NCBI GenBank assembly: GCA_040285745.1
Contig: JAUFOR010000002.1
Span: forward strand, 1,612,001 to 1,676,000
Reading direction: 5' to 3'
From: Barthelona sp. PCE
Taxonomy: Eukaryota
Length of the DNA: 64,000 nucleotides
Position numbers and translations under genes: made by a program
In this document: one piece after another, positions 60,031-64,000 of the stretch
Numbering within the stretch: position 1 is the first letter of the stretch
Layout: each line of letters opens with the position of its first letter
The notes under the pieces: generated by a model
Seen by the model: only the letters and a program-made list of their open reading frames with translations
Told to the model about the DNA's origin: nothing
Databases searched by the model: none

Positions 60031-61491
60031 ATGGCGAATTATTCAGCTGGAAAAAGCATTTCTGCAATGACTGCATTTTCTCTCATTTTTAACATGGTTG
60101 TAGGTATTGGTTCTATGACTTTACCTCAAACATTTGCAAAAATCGGCATAATTCTTACAGTGGCCGTCATCGTTGTTCTTGCATTTTTCTCTTACATATC
60201 CGCCACATACGTACTTGAAGCAATGGCCAATACAAATGCCATTCTAAGGGCCGAAAAGGAACAAAATCTCCTCAATGGGGAGGCAGAGAGCGAAGAAGCA
60301 AGCGCTGAAGAAAAAGAAATGGAGAATAGCATCAATAGTGTTAAACTTGATATTGATGGAATAACATCCCCTTACAAGTTGAAGACCCGAATTGAGTACT
60401 CTAAGATGGCAAATCTCTACTTTTCTGATGGTTTTAAACTCTTCTTCACACTCATCTTTTGCTTTTATTTTTTGGGAGATCTTGCCATTTACACAGTTGG
60501 AGCTCCCAATACATTACAACAGTGGGTAGATTTCGAAATGGATTTCATGGGCATGCATCTCACTGATATGGCACTGCAACGTTTTTTCCTCATTGCATTT
60601 GCAATTATCGTTGTCCCTCTTTGTTTAGCTGACATGCAGAATACTAAGATTTTACAGATCATTACTCTCGGTCTCCGTCTTGTTGCCTTTTATACAATGA
60701 TTATCTTGGGCGCTCTTCATGTTATGGGTGGTCGAACAGGTGGCATGACACATGTTCCAATGTGGGACTTCAAGAATGTAGGAGCTGTGCTAGGTAGCAC
60801 TGTATATTCTTTTATGTCACACCATTCCCTTCCCTCTATGTTGACACCTATCAAAGCAAAGAACAAATCTAAAACTACAAAGAAGACCCTATTAGCCGAT
60901 TTCTTTACGATTGGTATATCTTACATTTTGCTCAGTTCCACGGCTATGCTTGCGTTCAGCGACCCCAACCTTCCTGATCATTGTGAACTCCGAGGAACAA
61001 AAGCATGCAAGATTCAGGATCTTTACTTCAAGAACTTTGCTTCCTACGACAATGTATTCATAGATTATTTCATGCTTGGTTTCCCATTAATTGTTTTTGT
61101 AACAATCTGGCCCATGATCGCAATTACACTCAGAAACAACATTGATCAGTTACTTCCCAAGCTTAAACCTAAACTTGAAAAAATGAGAAAACCAATTTGT
61201 GTTGCCCTTGCTATTCTTCCACCCTTAACCATTGGTTGGTTCACCAATAACGTTACCATTCTCGTTCGTTTTACTGGTGGTTTATGTGGTGTCTTTATTA
61301 TGTTTACTTTCCCTGCTTTCTTTGTTAAAAATTCCAGAGAGAAATGTGAAGAACTTAATATCGTTGGAAAGAATGAGTACAAGTCATTCTTCCAATCTAA
61401 ATTCTGGATCAACGCTGTTCTAGGTTGGTCTGGACTCATGTTCTTAACGAATGTCTGGCTCCTAATCAAATTTTTCATCAATGGAGAATAA
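60031..61491 (+). CDS. Amino acid transporter, AAAP/Aa_trans family (TMEM104-like)
   Basis: IFNMVVGIGSMTLPQTF, ATYVLEAMANTNA, YFLGDLAIY, VYSFMSHHSLPSMLTP and PMIAITLRNN; about 11 TM segments. Confidence 0.9.
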   Translation: MANYSAGKSISAMTAFSLIFNMVVGIGSMTLPQTFAKIGIILTVAVIVVLAFFSYISATYVLEAMANTNAILRAEKEQNLLNGEAESEEASAEEKEMENSINSVKLDIDGITSPYKLKTRIEYSKMANLYFSDGFKLFFTLIFCFYFLGDLAIYTVGAPNTLQQWVDFEMDFMGMHLTDMALQRFFLIAFAIIVVPLCLADMQNTKILQIITLGLRLVAFYTMIILGALHVMGGRTGGMTHVPMWDFKNVGAVLGSTVYSFMSHHSLPSMLTPIKAKNKSKTTKKTLLADFFTIGISYILLSSTAMLAFSDPNLPDHCELRGTKACKIQDLYFKNFASYDNVFIDYFMLGFPLIVFVTIWPMIAITLRNNIDQLLPKLKPKLEKMRKPICVALAILPPLTIGWFTNNVTILVRFTGGLCGVFIMFTFPAFFVKNSREKCEELNIVGKNEYKSFFQSKFWINAVLGWSGLMFLTNVWLLIKFFINGE

Positions 61492-61523
61492 TCCGTATAG
61501 ATAGTAAAACATATAGAATGCAA

Positions 61524-62501
61524 TCAATTAATTCTCGTCTGTAACAGCTGTAACAACTGCTTTAATTGGGGATTTGCAGCTAATCCCTCCAATTGCGAGC
61601 ATAAATCATTGTATAACCTTACTAAAACATTACGAGTATGTGCAACTGCACCACAATCCAACAAAATCTTCAACGCCTCCTTCTTCAATCCAGGTTCCAT
61701 TGTTTTCAATGCCAAGAGGCACTGTAAGCGCTCACTATCCCTTCTATTAAGCATTTTCTGTTGCATAGCGCATACAAGTGGAAAACCGAATTTTCCTTCA
61801 GTTATATCATCACCCTCTTTTTTTAGATTCAAATAATCATCAAATATTTGGAAATAAACACCTAAAAGTACTGAAAAGCCACTGTACTCGTCCTTCTTCC
61901 CTGCTAATGCGCTTAAAAGACGCATTGCTAATCTAAAAAGTCCGCCTGTCTTGGCAGCAACAATATATACGTAACCATCAAGTCCAGGGTTGATACAGTC
62001 CTCTGTGCTGAGGATATCCAGCCCCTGTCCTCTGTGTAACTCCAGCATTTCTTCCAAGAAAACCTTGTTAGCCTCAGGACAATTCTCTCTTGCTATACGA
62101 TCCATACAATTAAAATATATGAAGTTTGCGCTGTTAAGTGTCATTCCTACACCAAAAACACGGTGAGAACAGATTTCTCCACGACGAAAATACGCATTAT
62201 CTTCAATATCATCAATGAGAAGTGATGCATTGTGAAGAGACGCAATCACAGACTTTACCAAATTAAGATGGTGATCTTCAGCCTCAATATACACATTAAG
62301 AGCTTCAATGAACTTATCACGGACTTTCTTACCTGGATTCTTCATTAAGTAGTGGAAACTCTTGTTAAATCTATAGTCAACCTCGTGAAGTGCGAGATTT
62401 CTAATCCCAACGCTAACATTGCGTAGCTTCAACAGTGCAGGCAATGATAATCTCTTTATGACCTTGGAAAGAGACCCAGTGTACTTAAACGGTGTTGCCA
62501 T
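61524..62501 (-). CDS. GGPS1: Geranylgeranyl diphosphate synthase (trans-prenyltransferase, GGPS1/BTS1 type)
   Basis: PGKKVR, LHNASLLIDDIEDNAYFRRG, LHRGQGLD, KTGGLFRL, FQIFDDYLNL and DDITEGKF. Confidence 0.92.
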   Translation of the reverse strand: MATPFKYTGSLSKVIKRLSLPALLKLRNVSVGIRNLALHEVDYRFNKSFHYLMKNPGKKVRDKFIEALNVYIEAEDHHLNLVKSVIASLHNASLLIDDIEDNAYFRRGEICSHRVFGVGMTLNSANFIYFNCMDRIARENCPEANKVFLEEMLELHRGQGLDILSTEDCINPGLDGYVYIVAAKTGGLFRLAMRLLSALAGKKDEYSGFSVLLGVYFQIFDDYLNLKKEGDDITEGKFGFPLVCAMQQKMLNRRDSERLQCLLALKTMEPGLKKEALKILLDCGAVAHTRNVLVRLYNDLCSQLEGLAANPQLKQLLQLLQTRIN

Positions 62502-63050
62502 CGTGTGTGTTTATATGAAAAGGGTGAAAAATGAAAGATGAAAAAAATTTGCTTTTCCATTTCTTTCCCAATTCATTTACTCAAATTATGGTTAGTTGCG
62601 GTGGTAACTTTAATTCATCTTTGCATTTTAGAAATAATAAGGGAATAAAGGCAAAATTAAATGAATAGCTTTGAAACAATAATTTGGCGGATTTTTTTAG
62701 GATATGATGTGGTTGAGCGTTTGTTTAACTACTGTGGGGAGAATTGTTGATTACAAAAATGATATTTATATCAGCATACATTGAGTTAATTATTGTGCTT
62801 CATAATTAAAAGAATTTACTTCCAGTCAATGAGAATTAAATGCTTTAAATATGGGAATCGGGCAGAATCAAATGGTTTAAATCATTAAATAAAAAGTTGT
62901 CCAAGAAAAAAACGGAATGCAGGTAAATTGTGTAAACACTCTATTACTGATATTCTTGTCCTAAAATTCGCGACGTTACTAATGTTTGCTTCAAGGACCA
63001 TGGCGTTCTACCTCATGTTCTAAATAAAAATCATGTTAAGCCAAATTACA

Positions 63051-63058
63051 CCCCTTTT
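63051..63058 (+). promoter_or_regulatory. Example of the recurrent CC(C)TTT(T) motif upstream of start codons
   Basis: The same motif occurs within about 45 nt upstream of many ATGs in the window (see findings). Confidence 0.5.
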
Positions 63059-63079
63059 CAAATCATTTACTAGGGCATA

Positions 63080-64000
63080 ATGATCATAGGTGCATTTGTG
63101 ATTGCTAAATCCAACGGGTATGGACATCAAAAGGTATAAACTCTAACATTAAGTGATTTAATGCTCCAGAAATCTTTAACGCCTGATCTATCTAATGAGA
63201 TCGTCTCACTTTTTTGGCGTAAGCTCGCGGAATCCAACAACTACGAGGAGCTGCCATTGATTCTCGAGTTCAACCAGTTTCAGATCATTCACATCCCCGT
63301 CAACTCTCTATACTTCTTGGTCGCGGCACAAAACGAGACTGACGTAGTCTCATGCATATCATTCTTTGAAATGTTTAACGAAATTGTTAAATCTCGTTTT
63401 TCACACACATTAACACAGGAATTGATCAACAAAGAGTACATCACATTGATGCTTCTACTCGATGAGATGCTTTTTGGGGACATTATGATTACAGATTCTA
63501 ATCAATTACTGGAACTATACCCATCAAAAGAAAGTAGTGCAAGCACACGTGAACCAGAGGGTTTTGAGGTGCAGACACGGTGCCCATCCCTTGTTTCCAA
63601 CTCGAGTGCTCATATCCCTTGGCGTAGACAGAACGTTTCGCATGATAAGAACAAAGCTTTAGTTGATGTTGTAGAACGTTATGATGCTGTTATCGACTCG
63701 CATGGTATTGTTACCTTCTCATCCGTCAACGGTAACATAGCGATCAACAGTCTGTTAAGTGGTCAACCAGATGTACTACTGCGTTTGAAGAATCCTTCAT
63801 GCATCTCCAGTGCTTCGTTCCATCCCAGTGTCCGCTACATCAAATGGCAGAGTCAAAGGGTGCTCAGTTTCGTCCCCCCTGATGGCAAGTTCTCAGTTAT
63901 GCGGTATCAAATCAATGGTAATACACAATGCCCGATTTCTATTAAGCCTAAAACGCAACGCATAGCTGATGATAAGATTGAATTCAGCCTGTCTGTTTCG
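63080..64000 (+). CDS. AP3M: AP-3 complex mu subunit; exons 63080-63117 and 63154->64000 (partial)
   Basis: Spliced product reads MIIGAFVIAKSNG|DLMLQKS...LLLDEML...IPWRRQNV...DVVE...LSGQPDV...SFHPSVRYIKWQSQRVLSFVPPDGKF. Not in the ORF track. Confidence 0.88.
63118..63153 (+). other. 36-nt spliceosomal GT-AG intron
   Basis: Sequence GTATGGACATCAAAAGGTATAAACTCTAACATTAAG has 5'SS GTATGG and CTAAC + 4 nt + AG. It contains an in-frame TAA, and removing it restores the conserved mu-adaptin N-terminus. Confidence 0.85.

Noticed and set aside
1-64000. Alternative genetic code (TAR=Gln as in hexamitid diplomonads); tRNA or rRNA genes
   Set aside because: Conserved proteins end at TAA/TAG at their expected C-termini, and no tRNA or rRNA signatures were recognised by eye.

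Overview
This is a gene-dense, almost intron-free eukaryotic window in the standard genetic code, from a flagellated protist. A metamonad-like organism is my inference, based on a Trichomonas/Giardia-style intron and on promoter and 3'-end motifs. About 27 protein-coding genes are tightly packed. Recognisable ones are a DNAH2-like dynein heavy chain (partial, missed by the ORF track), RPN12, an OFCC1-like protein, coronin, a duplicated threonine dehydratase, DNAL4, alpha-COP, a HAD hydrolase, GRWD1/Rrb1, GPI8, SAS6-like, an SP-RING protein, a TMEM104-like transporter, GGPP synthase and AP-3 mu (partial, with a 36-nt intron). A degenerate hAT DNA transposon with ~122-bp TIRs and an 8-bp TSD lies at 21895-23446. 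The most unusual items are: (1) a 1562-aa WD40/pseudokinase/HECT-like/RING2-like protein; (2) a pseudoenzyme + EF-hand + enzyme threonine dehydratase; (3) window-wide CC(T/A)TTT upstream and G-TAA-A stop motifs; (4) a candidate GTG start; (5) a ~2,070-aa orphan-family gene with a GC mosaic; (6) a structured intergenic island near 59.6 kb. All family assignments come from motif recognition by eye, not from database searches.
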